Position numbers and translations under genes: made by a program | The notes under the pieces: model-generated | What the model was told of the DNA's origin: nothing | What the model saw: only the letters and a program-made list of their open reading frames with translations | Database searches by the model: none | Shown: one piece after another, positions 1 through 12,551 of the stretch | Layout: each line of letters opens with the position of its first letter | Numbering within the stretch: position 1 is the first letter of the stretch | Assembly: GCA_033442325.1 (NCBI GenBank) | Contig: JAWQFM010000034.1 | Location: 723,965-752,076, forward strand | Reading direction: 5' to 3' | Source: Salpingoeca rosetta | Lineage: Eukaryota; Protista; Choanoflagellata | Length of the DNA: 28,112 nucleotides

Positions 1-3000
1 ACATTGCCGGCGTCCACATAGAGGCGAGGGGCATGCACGTGCCCACCCCCGTCGGACATCAAGCACGTTGGCTTGCAGGGTGATCCAGGTGACCGGGTCG
101 TTGTCGTACTGTCGCACCTCACCACCTGATAGCACGGTGAGGCTGTTAAAAGAGTACACGGATTGGTTCTGGTCCTATGTGGTACCAAACTTGCTCAACT
201 CCAGGACGCAGCCGCGACCAACAGTGAGGTCCTCCACGCCGCCAAAGAAGCCGAGAAGCCGGATGGTGATGCCAAAGCACTCAAACTTCTTTGGAAGCTC
301 CAGGTGACCGTAGCGGTAGGCGTACTGGTTCACACGCACTTCACCCAGCTCGGAGAACTGACCCACCATGAGCTGCTGCTCGCCAGTGTGCAACACGCCT
401 GTGCGGTCGCCCTCGAAGCGGTCCACGTGCAGGCCGTACGGCTGCTTCATCTCCGGCATCATGGCGAGCTCGCCCTTGTTGAGGATGCGCACAATCTCAA
501 AGTCGTACTTTGCAGCCGTGAGCGCAGGGAGCCACGTGCGCCCGCTGTCGCTGGAGATGTCGTCAAAGTCTGGCACCATGTCCAGACCGCCCTGGTCGCG
601 GTTACCAGCGTCAACAATCAGCGTGCGGTTGACAACACCAAAGCTGGTGTCACTCAGGTACACGGTGCCTGCACCGCCATTGCGAGTTGAGGCATCTGAT
701 GTGCCACCGTACGCCTCAAACGTGCCCTGGAAGAGGTGGATGCGCTTGTAGTGGACGGCAATGCGACCGCCAGCACCAGCACCATACGCGCCACCGCTGC
801 CACCGTGCACTTGAATGTGCCCAAAACCCTCAAAGTAGTTGACGTCCACGATGACGCTGCCGCCGGAGGCGAGGGAGCCGCCCGCGTTGGAGGAGATGGT
901 GCCCTCCAACCACAGGCGATCCGACACGACAAACTCCAGAGACACCACCGCGCGGCTCGAGCTGCNNNNNNNNNNNNNNNNNNNNNNNNNNNNNNNNNNN
1001 NNNNNNNNNNNNNNNNNNNNNNNNNNNNNNNNNNNNNNNNNNNNNNNNNNNNNNNNNNNNNNNNNNNNNNNNNNNNNNNNNNNNNNNNNNNNNNNNNNNN
1101 NNNNNNNNNNNNNNNNNNNNNNNNNNNNNNNNNNNNNNNNNNNNNNNNNNNNNNNNNNNNNNNNNNNNNNNNNNNNNNNNNNNNNNNNNNNNNNNNNNNN
1201 NNNNNNNNNNNNNNNNNNNNNNNNNNNNNNNNNNCGCTCGCCCTCGTTCTGCGCGTCCTCCACCACTGTGAGGGTGTACACGTCTGCCTCGTCTGCGACG
1301 GCGCTCAAGAAATCAACGGTGCCCGTGTCCTGCACCGTCATGCCGACGCAGGTGAGGTCGCGAACAGAGGTAAGCTGCCACTGCCACGTTGCGCCGTGCG
1401 AGACGAGCAGGTGGGCACGGTGCATGTTGGTGAACCCCCACGTGCGAATCGTGCAGGGGATGGACAGGCTGGGGTAGGCCGGTGAGTTCTGGCAGCGCCA
1501 CTCCACCGTGCGCTGGGGCAAAATCAGGTCCGCGTGTTCGTAGACCTGGGGCATGAAGGAGATGTTGTAGCGCTTCCACGGCTCGACGGAGGTGATGTCC
1601 AGCGTCTGGTTGGGCAGGATGTGCAGGTAGCCCGTGCGGTCGCCAACCACCTCCGTGGCGGTGATGCGCGCGTGCGAGTTGTCGTCTGTTGGGTGCTGGA
1701 ACACGAGATGAGCCGCACCATACACCTCCACGTACTCAAACTCAAAGTTGAATGTCTCCGTCTCTGGGAGCAGGAACGCCGCAGCGCCTGCCTGCCGCAC
1801 AGATGCGTGGTCTGCATCCGTCTGCATGCGCGACGAGCGACCGCGGTTGTCGGCGCGGAGGTTGCGGAAGTTGTTGGGCCCAACCAGGTACGCCAGGCCC
1901 GAACCGCCGTTTTCCCAGCCCGTGCCACCCTGGACGTCTGTCTGGTCGCTGTACCACTTGCCGCTGGCATAGTGGGCGATGATGAAGCCACCGCTGCCAC
2001 CACCGCCGTTGCCGGCGCCGTTGCCACCGATGACTTGCATGCGACCCGAACCCGTGAGCGAGGTGGTGAGGAGGTAGATGTTGCCGCCCGCACCGCCGCC
2101 ACCGCTGCCACCAGCGCTGTCTGCGTTGGCGCGAACAGTACCGGTGATGTGCGTGCCCGAGGGCCCGTACACGTGCGCCTGAATGTAGCCGCCACCGCGC
2201 GCACCGCTGCCTGACAGACCACCGCCAGAGCCCCAGACGGATGGCATCTGGTTCTCCACGGGCGGGGTGCTGGCGGCGTATCGGTAGTAGATGGTGCCCA
2301 CGGGAGCTGCTGCGGTCGTGTATGGGGTGCGGCCACCGCGGCCGGCGTTGCTACCGCCAGTTCCGGCACCGCTCGCTGCAATGCCCGCAGCAGGGCCGTA
2401 GGTTGCAAAGTGACCCTGGCCGTCCACCGTTACCNNNNNNNNNNNNNNNNNNNNNNNNNNNNNNNNNNNNNNNNNNNNNNNNNNNNNNNNNNNNNNNNNN
2501 NNNNNNNNNNNNNNNNNNNNNNNNNNNNNNNNNNCCACTCTGACGCGCGGCCGAGCGGCTCCAGTGCGTGGACGCGGCCGTTGTTGGCGATGCGACACGT
2601 GTTGATGTCGTACAGGCGACTCGGGAGAAACTCGAAGTAGCCAGACACGTACATGTGGGTCCACCACGGCTGGACGGGGTTGGCCACGGCCATCTTACCG
2701 GCGCGGTACGTGCCTTTGACGTAGAAGTCGTTGATGGCCATGGACGACTCGCCCGTGAAGGTTGCGCCGGCTTGGCGGGTGACCTGGTCCAGGTTCAAGG
2801 TGCTGCCGACGTCAACGGTGAGGCCGATCATGACCCCCGCGTTTTGGCTGCGCATGTTGACGTGGCGCCACGCCTCGACGGTGCCGGTGATGTTCCATTG
2901 GTCAACACGGGCGAGGTGCTCAAACGCGTCAAAGGTGAGCTTGGACCTGCGATGCACGCCAGAGCTTGAGCCCGACGTCCACGGCAGCGGGAGCAGCTCC

Positions 3001-6000
3001 ACCAGGTTGGCGCGAAGCTCAAACAGGCCCGCGTTGAAGGTACCGTCCTTGATGCGGATGTACACATTGTCGACGGTCGTGCCAATGCGGGACGGCTCAT
3101 ACGCGTACCACGCGCGCGGCGACGCGGCGTGGCCGTCAACGTCGAGGACAACTAGGCCGGACACGTCGATGGTGGAGGTGGTGTTGAGGTTGACCGGGCG
3201 CCTGACATGCATTTCGCCTGCAACAGTGATGCTGGTGAAGAGCGCGGGTGCAGAGACGAAGTTGGGGTCAAACGTAAACACGCCGCGGTCGTACGAATCG
3301 GGGCTGCTGCTGACGAGGGTCCGACCCACGGTGAGTGTGTCAACGGGTGGGAAGACGCATTCGAGGCGACCGGCGTCGAGTCGGCCATCAACACTGATGC
3401 TCTCAAAGTGCAACAGGGACGACGCATTGGCTGTCCATGTGTGATCCTGGGTAGCATGGCCAAGGCTATCGAGGGTCATGGTGCCACCGTGGTGCACGTC
3501 CAAAGACGTGGCGCGAGATGTGCGGTCCTGGTTGCGGATGCGAACCTGGCGCCGCACCGAAACCTCACCGCTCACGTCCATGCTGTCAACGTGTGCCTGG
3601 AAGTCGAAGGCGTCAAAGGTGAGCGTGCCACTGACGGTGACCTGCGCCGCCCTGAGCGCGAGGTATCCGCCGTCCATGCGGCCGGAGACGGAGACGGTGA
3701 CGTCGTCCACAACGCGGCCAATCACAGATTCCTTGTACTGGTCCCAGGGCACGGTTGGCACGCCCTGGTGCCCGTCGTCGTCCAGGGTGAGCGTGCCGCC
3801 CACGGACACGGTCTGCGTTATGTCAAAGTTGACGGGGCGGCGAACAGTCATGATGCCGTTGACGGTGACGGAGTAGAAGAGGGCCGGATCGCCAATGTTG
3901 ACGGGGTCAAAGGTGAACACGCCGTTGACTGTGGACGTGGGCGACACGACGGTCCTGCGTACTTCAAGCGTGTGCACGCCCGGCATGATGCTCTCCAGCC
4001 GGCCCGCGTTCAGGCGCCCGGCCACGATCAGGCTCTGGGTGTAGATGAGAGAGCTGGTGTTGCCAGTCCAGACGTGCTTGGGGGTATTGTGACCAAGAAC
4101 GTCGAGGGTGACGGTTCCAGAGTGCGTGAGCGAGAAGCCGTCCATGCGACTGCTGCCGTCCTGGTTACGGAAGCGCACGGGGCGCAAGACGCTGAGTGTA
4201 CCCGCCACATTGACGGAGCGGACCCAGGCGCGCTGTTGGTTGGCAGCATCAAAGGTCATGACGCCTGTGGAACCGATGCTGAGGGAGTCCGCCCGCAGCC
4301 AGAGGTAGCCGGCCTTGAAGCGGCCGTTGATGCTCACGTCGAGTGTGTAAATGGTGCTGCCGAGCACCGAGGGCGGGAAGGCTTCCCACGCCGGCGCGTC
4401 ATCTGCCGTGTGGCGCTCGTTGTCGAGGGTGATGATACCGGCGCTGCTGGTGATGGACAAGCTGTGTGTTGTGGTGAGGTTGATGGGCTTCTCCACCGTC
4501 AGCGTGCCCGAGACGGAGATGGTCTGGTACCGGATGACGTGGCCGAGAGATGGCGGATCAAATGTCATGGTGCCGCCGACGACGAGGTCATTCGTGCCCT
4601 CCAGGTACGTCTCGTACTGGCCAGCGCTCAACACGCCGTCCACGCGCATGGTAGCGGTGTGCACGTGGGACACGGTGGGCTGCGACCACGCCTTGGTGCC
4701 CGTGGCGTGGCCAACAGTGTCCAGGGTGACGCTGCCTGAGGCAGTGATGGTGAAGAAGTCCATGCGGTCCACCTTGTTGCGGGCGTGCACGTGCACGGGG
4801 TTTCGGATGTCCACGTCTCCGCCGATTGTGGCGCGTGTGAAGTGCACGCGATCGGCAGTAGCCTCCATGGTGATGGCGCCACCGGTGCCGACGGTGAGGG
4901 TGCCGCCCTCAAGCTCCACCAGGCCCGCACGGAAGGTGCCGGACACGGAGAGCAGGTCCGTGTGCAGGGAGGAGCCTGTCGCTGTTGACCAAACGCCGGG
5001 CGCGTTGCTAGTCTGCGCGACGTAGTCGAGGGTGAGGACGCCCGAGGAGCCGACAGAGGCGGAGGTGAGGTTGCTGGTGCAGTCCCTGGCGCGGATGGTG
5101 AGCTGGTTGTCGATGAACAGCCTGCCGCCAACGCTGAGGGTGGTGGTGCACGCAATGTCGTTCTTGGCACGCATGGTTGTGGTTCCGCCCGAGATGGAGG
5201 TGGACGCGGCAACAAGCTCAAGCAGGCGGGCGGTGAAGGTACCGGCGCTGGAGACGGCGTCCGCGTGCAGCGATGAGCCGGCGGGCAGCCAGTCGTCGTC
5301 GTCGTCGATGGACACGGCGCCGGAGCCGCCAATGGCAAACGAGGTCATCGGCGACGTGCCGTCCTGTGCACGGAACACAACGCGGTTGTAGACGGTGAGG
5401 CGGCCGTTGGAGTACAGGTCGTCGACGCGAAGCAGATCGTCCTTGACGAGCATGGTGACGGCCGCGTTGCCGCTGGTGAGGCGGAACGACCCCGCGCGAA
5501 CGTTGACGTGGCCGGCCTGCCACGTGCCGCTGACGGTGATGCTGACGTCATCGATGGTGGCGCCGATGGTGGAGACGTAAGTGGTGTCGAAGACGGAGCT
5601 GTTGTCGCTGCTGGTGGCGTGGGCGATGTTGTCAAAGACGAGGAGCCCGCCCACGGACATGTCCTTGAGGCGGTGCAGGGTGACGGGCACGTTGATGTAG
5701 CTGGTACCGCCGACAGCAAGCGTCTGCACGGGTACCTGCTCCTCGTAGTCGTTGAACGTAAGGTCCATGCGGCCGTTGATGGTGAGCGTGTCGACAAAGT
5801 CGAGGTCGACGCGGGTGAGACCAGGATACATGGTGCAGCCTGAGCCCACGGTCCAGAAGTCAATGCCCACCATAGACGTGTCCGTGAATACACCATCGTC
5901 ACGCAGGTAAGCGACGTAGTCCCAGTACATGACTGCACCTGGGGACCCCGGCGACGAGAGGGTGATGGACTGCGAGCGGCCGCCGGCGGCAGTGTACCAC

Positions 6001-9000
6001 GACACGGGGTGGTAGAAGTACACGGTTGAGTCTGCTGCGCTCAGCGTGTTGATCTTGGTTGTGCCGTTCACGTCCACGCGCAGGGACGACGAAGAGGCCA
6101 GAGTGACGGCAAGGACATCGAAGGTGCAGCCGCCAAGGCGGACATGGGACGATGCCTGCACGGTGAGGGAGGCGAGGTCCACGCTGGTGGTCGGTGTAGA
6201 CCAGAAGCCGAAATCAACGACGACCGTGCTGGTGGTGGCCGGCAGCGCGGAGTCCTTGAAGCTGAACATGCCAATGGCGTTGAAGGTGTGCCGCAGGACA
6301 CCGCTGCGCGTGGGAGAGGCGCCACTGGAAAACGCGCCGCCCTGCTCAGTGATGTGGTGCTCCTCGTTCTGCCACACCCACTCGACCGTGTCGCCGTAGT
6401 GGATGTTGAGGTCCTGCCAGCCGGCGGTCGGCGACCACTGGATACGGTGCGTGGTAGGTTGCGAGCGCTGTGCATCCAACGCGAGGGAGGAGGACGAGTC
6501 AACGGTCACATCTGCGGCGCTGAAATCAACGGCGCCGTCGATGGTGAGCAAGGAGCGAACGAGGGACGTGGCGAGTGTGGATGCGAGCGTCCATGCTGTG
6601 GTCGGGCTGCTGCGCAGAACAGTGAACTTGGTGTCGCTCAGCGAGAGCGAGGCCGTGCGCAGCTGCGTTGTGGGGGATGTTGCGTGCAGGGTCACGCCGC
6701 TTCCCATGCGGGAGAAGGACAGGGCCGGTGTGTTGGGCACGGTGAGCTTGCCAGCGACGTCGAGAGTGCCCGACACGTCCACTGCACCAGAGCCCTTGAG
6801 CACGAGCTCTGCCCTCGGTCCCACAATGGCGCGGGAATCGAGCAGGGTGAGCACCTCGACCTTCTGTGACTCCATGACGTGGAAGACGCCCGTCTGCCCA
6901 TCAATGGAGGTGAAGGAGGCGGTGGCGCTGCCGCCCTCCACAACCACCAGGCCGCCCTCGCGGATGATCAGGTGGTCCACTTTGCTCGACCAGTACGCCG
7001 GATCGTACAGGAACGCGGTGTCTGTAAGGGAATGTTTGGGGTTGTGGTTGGGGTTGGGAGAAGTGGGGGGGGGGGTGTTAAGGATGAGTATGGTGGGAGG
7101 TGTGTTGGGGTGAGATGAGTGTGTGGATGCGAGGTGCGTGGGATGAGTGGTGTGTTGAGTGAGAGAAGAAACAAGGGTTGAAAGCAAAGGAGGGCAGGCG
7201 CGTAAAGGTGGCAGGAAGGGAAGGTGACAGAAGGTAATGGGGCAACAGAAAGGGACCGACAGCGAATGAAGACATTCAAACACACGCACACACAACCACA
7301 CCACCGCACACACACACGCACACCTTTGTAGTCTGCAAGCCACGCTGTGTGATCGTCAGCAGGGGCCACGCTGGTTTGGCGGAAGGCGCGCCCGGCGTCA
7401 ATCTCAAGCGACTTCTCGCTGATCATGTATACAATTCCGGGCCCACCGTTACCAGATGCTCTCGTGCCTAAGATGCAAGAATGAGGGATGTGAGCGTGGA
7501 AGGGGGAGGGGAAGTGTGGTTGAGAGGTGACATTAGAAGACATTGGTAAAACACAGCGCAACACAACGCGACGCAACACCGCATGACAAAGCAAAGCAAC
7601 CATCTTACGTTGGTTGACGGTGACGGTAAAGCTGCAGTAGACGGACGCGCTGTACAGGAACACCTTTGTCACGCCAAGGTGGAAGCGGGACCCTGGTGCG
7701 ATGGATGCAGACAGGCCACTCTGCACGGTGAAGGAGACGACGGCGTCGTTGCGGTCGACGTCTGCCGTGATGGTGATGTCTGCTGGACACAGGCCGCTTG
7801 TCTCCGTGAGCATGTTGGGCGTCACCACCACCTGCGTGGTGCACGTGTCTGTGGCGTAGATGCCGTCGGAGGCGGAGAAGGTGAATGCGTGTGTGCCTGT
7901 GCCAACAGTGGCCGGCATGGACGGGCTGGACACGCCAACTTGCGGCCAGACGGCAACGGTGGAGGGCAACACGGCGCCCGAGGGATCGACAGCTGTTGGG
8001 GTATCAAGAGTGATGGTGGCACTGGACGTGCCATGGTGCAACTGGCTCTCGGGGCAACTGGATGATAGTTGGGGGAGGGAGGGGGGTGCAAACGGATGTG
8101 ACGAAGGCGGTTGGGGGGTTGGGGGTTGGGAGGGACATGAAGGGGCGTTTAGAGAACTAGATAGTTTATGTTGGAGAGAGCGGCGTGCAACAAACACATG
8201 TGTGTGCGTGCGCTGACACACAGACAAAGACACAGACGGAAGTAATACATCCATTGCAGCTGCAGGTCCACTCACCCGTTGACAAAAAGAGGCGATGGAT
8301 GAACGGGCAGCTGGTTATTGCTTGTTGGCGTCTCGGCGTACCCGAGGACGTCCATGCGGGCGCCAACGGCGGTGCCGCCGAGCGGGTAGATGCGAATGCA
8401 GCGTGCACGCACGGGTCTGAAGCGGGTAAACACCTTCTGCGTGGGGCTGGTGCTGCCGAGGAACGTGCGCGTGACGCCCTCCTCGCCGTATGTGGTGAAG
8501 GTGCTGCAGTCGAGCGAGTACTTGACCTCAAACTCCCGCACGACGTACCGCGTCAATTCGTTGCCTGTAGCGTTGGAAGGGTTGAGAGAGAGTGGGGGGG
8601 GGACAGGGGGGTGAGTGAGTGAGTGAGTGAGTGAGTGAGGGTGTTGCGAAAGGCACGGGTGTTTGTGAAAGACGGAGCGCACAGGCCCACACGACCGTGT
8701 GCGCGGGGGCGACTTAAAACGCACATCCGTCACAGTAGTCTGGGCAAAACGACAAGGTTGGCATAGGAACAGTGTCTACGGTAGCGCATGCACACTCAGA
8801 TGCATGGACGCGCAAACACCAAAATGCAAACACCGACACGCAAACGCATGAGCATGACTCCACAGACTGAGAGCATGCAAAGACGAGTGCAAGGACCCAC
8901 CCTGTGTGACAACGCCGGAGACAACGTATACATTGCCCAGGTTCATCTGCAGGTACGGGTCGGCATCGTTCGTGTTGGGGCTCCAGCCACCACCAGCAGA

Positions 9001-9184
9001 CACGCCACCGTACAGGCGCGCCCAGTCGTCAAGGTGGCCCGGGGTTGAATCGACGCTGTACGAGTACGAGTTGCAGTTGCTGATGACACTCGTCGAGCAC
9101 TGCAACTGGTCGCGGGTGACGGGGAGCCAGCTCGACGCAGACACAGCCCCGATGCTCGCCGTTGCATGAAGCTGCACATCGGGC

Positions 9185-9247
<63 letters not shown>

Positions 9248-12200
9248 AATTGTGTGTGCAATTGTGTGTGCAATTGTGTGTGCAATTGTGTGAGTCAGGC
9301 ACTCCAAGGACATGGCAAGTACTTGGTACATAGCACATGGAGATGGCAGTTGCTTGAACTTCCACAGCGAGCGCACGCGTACACGATGTACACACACACA
9401 CACGCACACGATACACACGCACACACACGCTCGCACGATACACACTCTCTCGCACGCTACACGCACATACACACAAACACATACACACAGAGAATACACG
9501 CACGTGTGAGGCCGCCGTGGGCTTGGATGAGGGCCGAAGGGTAAGTGCGGACTGCTGCCTCGACAATGACCTCGCCACCGGCACCAGCACCGCCGTACGT
9601 GGACCCTGTGCCGCCATTGGCCTGCACAAGGGACAGCGACCCGCCACCAAGAAACTCCTGGCACACGATGCGGATGGTGCCGCCAGAACCACCACCGGCA
9701 CTCGCAGTCGAGGCATCCTGGCCATTGGCAAGCAGCTGTCCGTACAAGACAAACTGCTCCTCCACGAAGATGTCGAGTACGCCACCACCGAGGCCGCGGC
9801 CCTGACCACTGATGTCGCCGCCGCCGGCAGCACCGCCGCTGAGCGACTGCAAGTGCTGCGACGGGTCGCTGGCCTGCACCGCTGCAGAGTTGCCGCCGGC
9901 CGTCCAGAAGGAACCGCCGGCTGCGCCCTGCCCGCTCGCGGTGGCCGACGGGGCCGGGGTGGAGCACGCAAGCGGCAGGGGCTCGGCCACGATGCTGGCG
10001 AACTTGGTCACGGTGAGGTTGCCGCGCACGATGATCCTGGGGTAGGTGCAGCCGTTGGGCTTGACGGTGACGACCGTGTCTTCGCTGAACACGACGCTCT
10101 CCAGAAACTCCATGTCCGTGGACGAGTTGATCTCGCACGCGTCGCAGCTGCTTGTGCAGCCGCTGTACGTGCACGTGTCATCGCATGAGCCGGTGCAGCG
10201 CCGGCAACCACTGTAGCACGTGTGCGTGTGTATGTTTGTGTATGTTTGTGTAAGTGTGTGTGTGTGTGCGTGCGAATGTGTGCGTGTGTGTGTGTGTTTG
10301 TGTGTTTGTGTATATTTGTGTGTGTGTGTGTGTGTGCGTGTGTGTGTGTGTGTGTGATGGTGTGTGTGTGTGTGTGTGTTTACACGTGAGCGCGTGGGAG
10401 GATGGAATCAAGTGTGATGGGAAGCAATGACAGTGCACGCTGGCCAGAGAGCAGAGCGCGCGGTGTGGAGGTATGGGACGGGCAGGTCAAAGGAAACAGT
10501 TGAATACACCACTACCGCCACCAGCAACGATTGGCACGCACATGTCGCAGCTGGCGTCGCAGGCGCAAGACGAATCGCAGCTGCTGCTGAAAGAGTCACA
10601 GCTGTCATCGCACGCACAACTTGTGCGGCAGTGCCCGTTGCAGTACGAGCACGATGTATCGCAGCCACCTGTGCATGACACACTGTAACCGATGGCGCAG
10701 ACAAGTGATGGCGGTGAGCAAGAGGCGGCCAGATGTGCCCAACGGCGAAGCAAAAACAAAGCAATGCAAACTCGCTGCGAGAGGGCGGGAAAAGAGTGGG
10801 ACCAACACGACAAACATGATCCAGACAGCTGGGTACCTTGAGCAGCCATCACAGCTGCCAGTGCAGGTCAGCCCTGCTGCACGACGCACGCGCTGTCAAC
10901 AAAACAGCAAATTGATGGTGCGTGGTGACACGTGAGTGAGTGAAAGTGGCATGACATGTGCCATGATGATAGAGCGTGCCATGTGCAGTTCATTTCAACA
11001 AGAAGAAGCAAGCACCGAACGAAAAACGGCGCACGTTGCGCGCGCTGAGAATCGCTGCTGTTCACGACAGCATAAAAATATGAGAACCAAAATGGAGGAA
11101 TTGGCGCATTTGGAGACGCGAAACTCACGGAAAGCGGCGTGTTGTGTGCTTGCTGCGCACGAAACTCGGCCGATGTCACGTCCACAGGCAATCGTGCAGC
11201 ACGGCGTGCGAGGGCGTCAGTGGTGGCGTGCCCGCTGCTTGTCGTGTTTGTGGATGTGCAGAGGTGGCTCAGGACAGCAGCTGCTGCATCGTCGCTGCAC
11301 GCTCGATCAACAAGCATGTGGACGCCGTCGGGGTTGAGGAACGCGCTCAGGTCAAGCACGCTCTCGTACGCCTGCAGCAGTCGCGGCCGCAGCGCTTCAC
11401 ACTTGTCCTGATAGGTGGTGACAAACGCCTCCTTTGCAGCCGCACTCGTGGCGTTGCCCTCGAGAGCAACAGCGCACAGGCCGCCGTCGCCGCTGTTGAG
11501 CTGCCACGTGGGCACTGCCTCGAGAAAGGGGACGCCAGCGTCCTCGTCCACCAGCGCCTGCACCGCGTGGCGCCAGGACGCCGCAAACTCGGCATCTTCG
11601 ATGCTGGCTGCGTGCGTGCCGCCAAAGACGAGCGCGTCCGCCCAGGATAGCCCTCTGCGCTCAAGGGAAACAGTGAGATGCGTCGAGCCTTCCTCGTTGG
11701 CAAGCGCAAAGTGGATGATGCCCTTTGGCATGTACATGACGTCGCCCGCCCTCAGCGTGAAGTTGGTGCACGCCATGCCGCTCAGGTCCGCGTCGCTGTA
11801 CCTCGTGCAGCCTTGCTGCCGCCGCTGCCGAATCTCCTGCAGCTGCGCCAGCTGTGCTGGTGTCATCTTCGGCTGCGCGGTTGCGGCTGCTGTTGCGTCG
11901 GTGTCGGCCACACTGGCATTGGCACTGCTGCTGCTGCTGCTGCTGCTGGCGTCGTCGTTTGCAGCGGAGGAGCTCTCGGGTGCGCTGCTCGGCACGCAGG
12001 CTGTCCACCGCTTGCTGCCGCTCGTCTGCAGCACCAGGACATCGTATGGGTCCGTGTGCGGCTGAAGCGCGCGCGAGTCCTGCTGCGTTGCGTGGTAGAC
12101 GTGAACTGTGGAGTCCATGCCGAACACGCGACGCACGCCGGCCTGCAGCTGCTCCACTTGCTCCTGGACTGGCGACGTGTGCATGTCCTCGAAGCGAACA

Positions 12201-12419
12201 AGCACGCCGGCACCAGCCGCTAGCTCTTCGCGCATGTGGCTGCACGATGTCACCTGCCGCGTCTCGCCCTCGTCCTTCACCTGTCGAGGAACGGGAGAGG
12301 AATTTGGGGGGGGGGGGGAACGGTGACGTTGGTGTGAGCGGGCGTGTGTGTGTGTGGGGGGGATTGTGCGTGTGTGTGTGTGTGTGTGTTTACATGTGCG
12401 CGTGTGCGTGTGTGTGGGC

Positions 12420-12501
<82 letters not shown>

Positions 12502-12511
12502 GTGTGTGTGC

Positions 12512-12551
<40 letters not shown>

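Noticed and set aside
7022-7343. N-terminus of the 1637-aa ORF as a separate gene start
   Set aside because: It is intron 7323-7022 (GT-rich start, C/A-rich end, cttacag acceptor).
9247-9292. CAATTGTGTGTG repeats as CRISPR or telomeric array
   Set aside because: No spacers; a microsatellite-derived minisatellite in a eukaryotic intron.
10868-11128. Hydrophobic C-terminus of the 724-aa ORF as a stand-alone JmjC membrane protein
   Set aside because: A strong GTGAGT donor at 11128 and a phase-matched acceptor at 10893 indicate this is intron sequence. cDNA is still needed to confirm.
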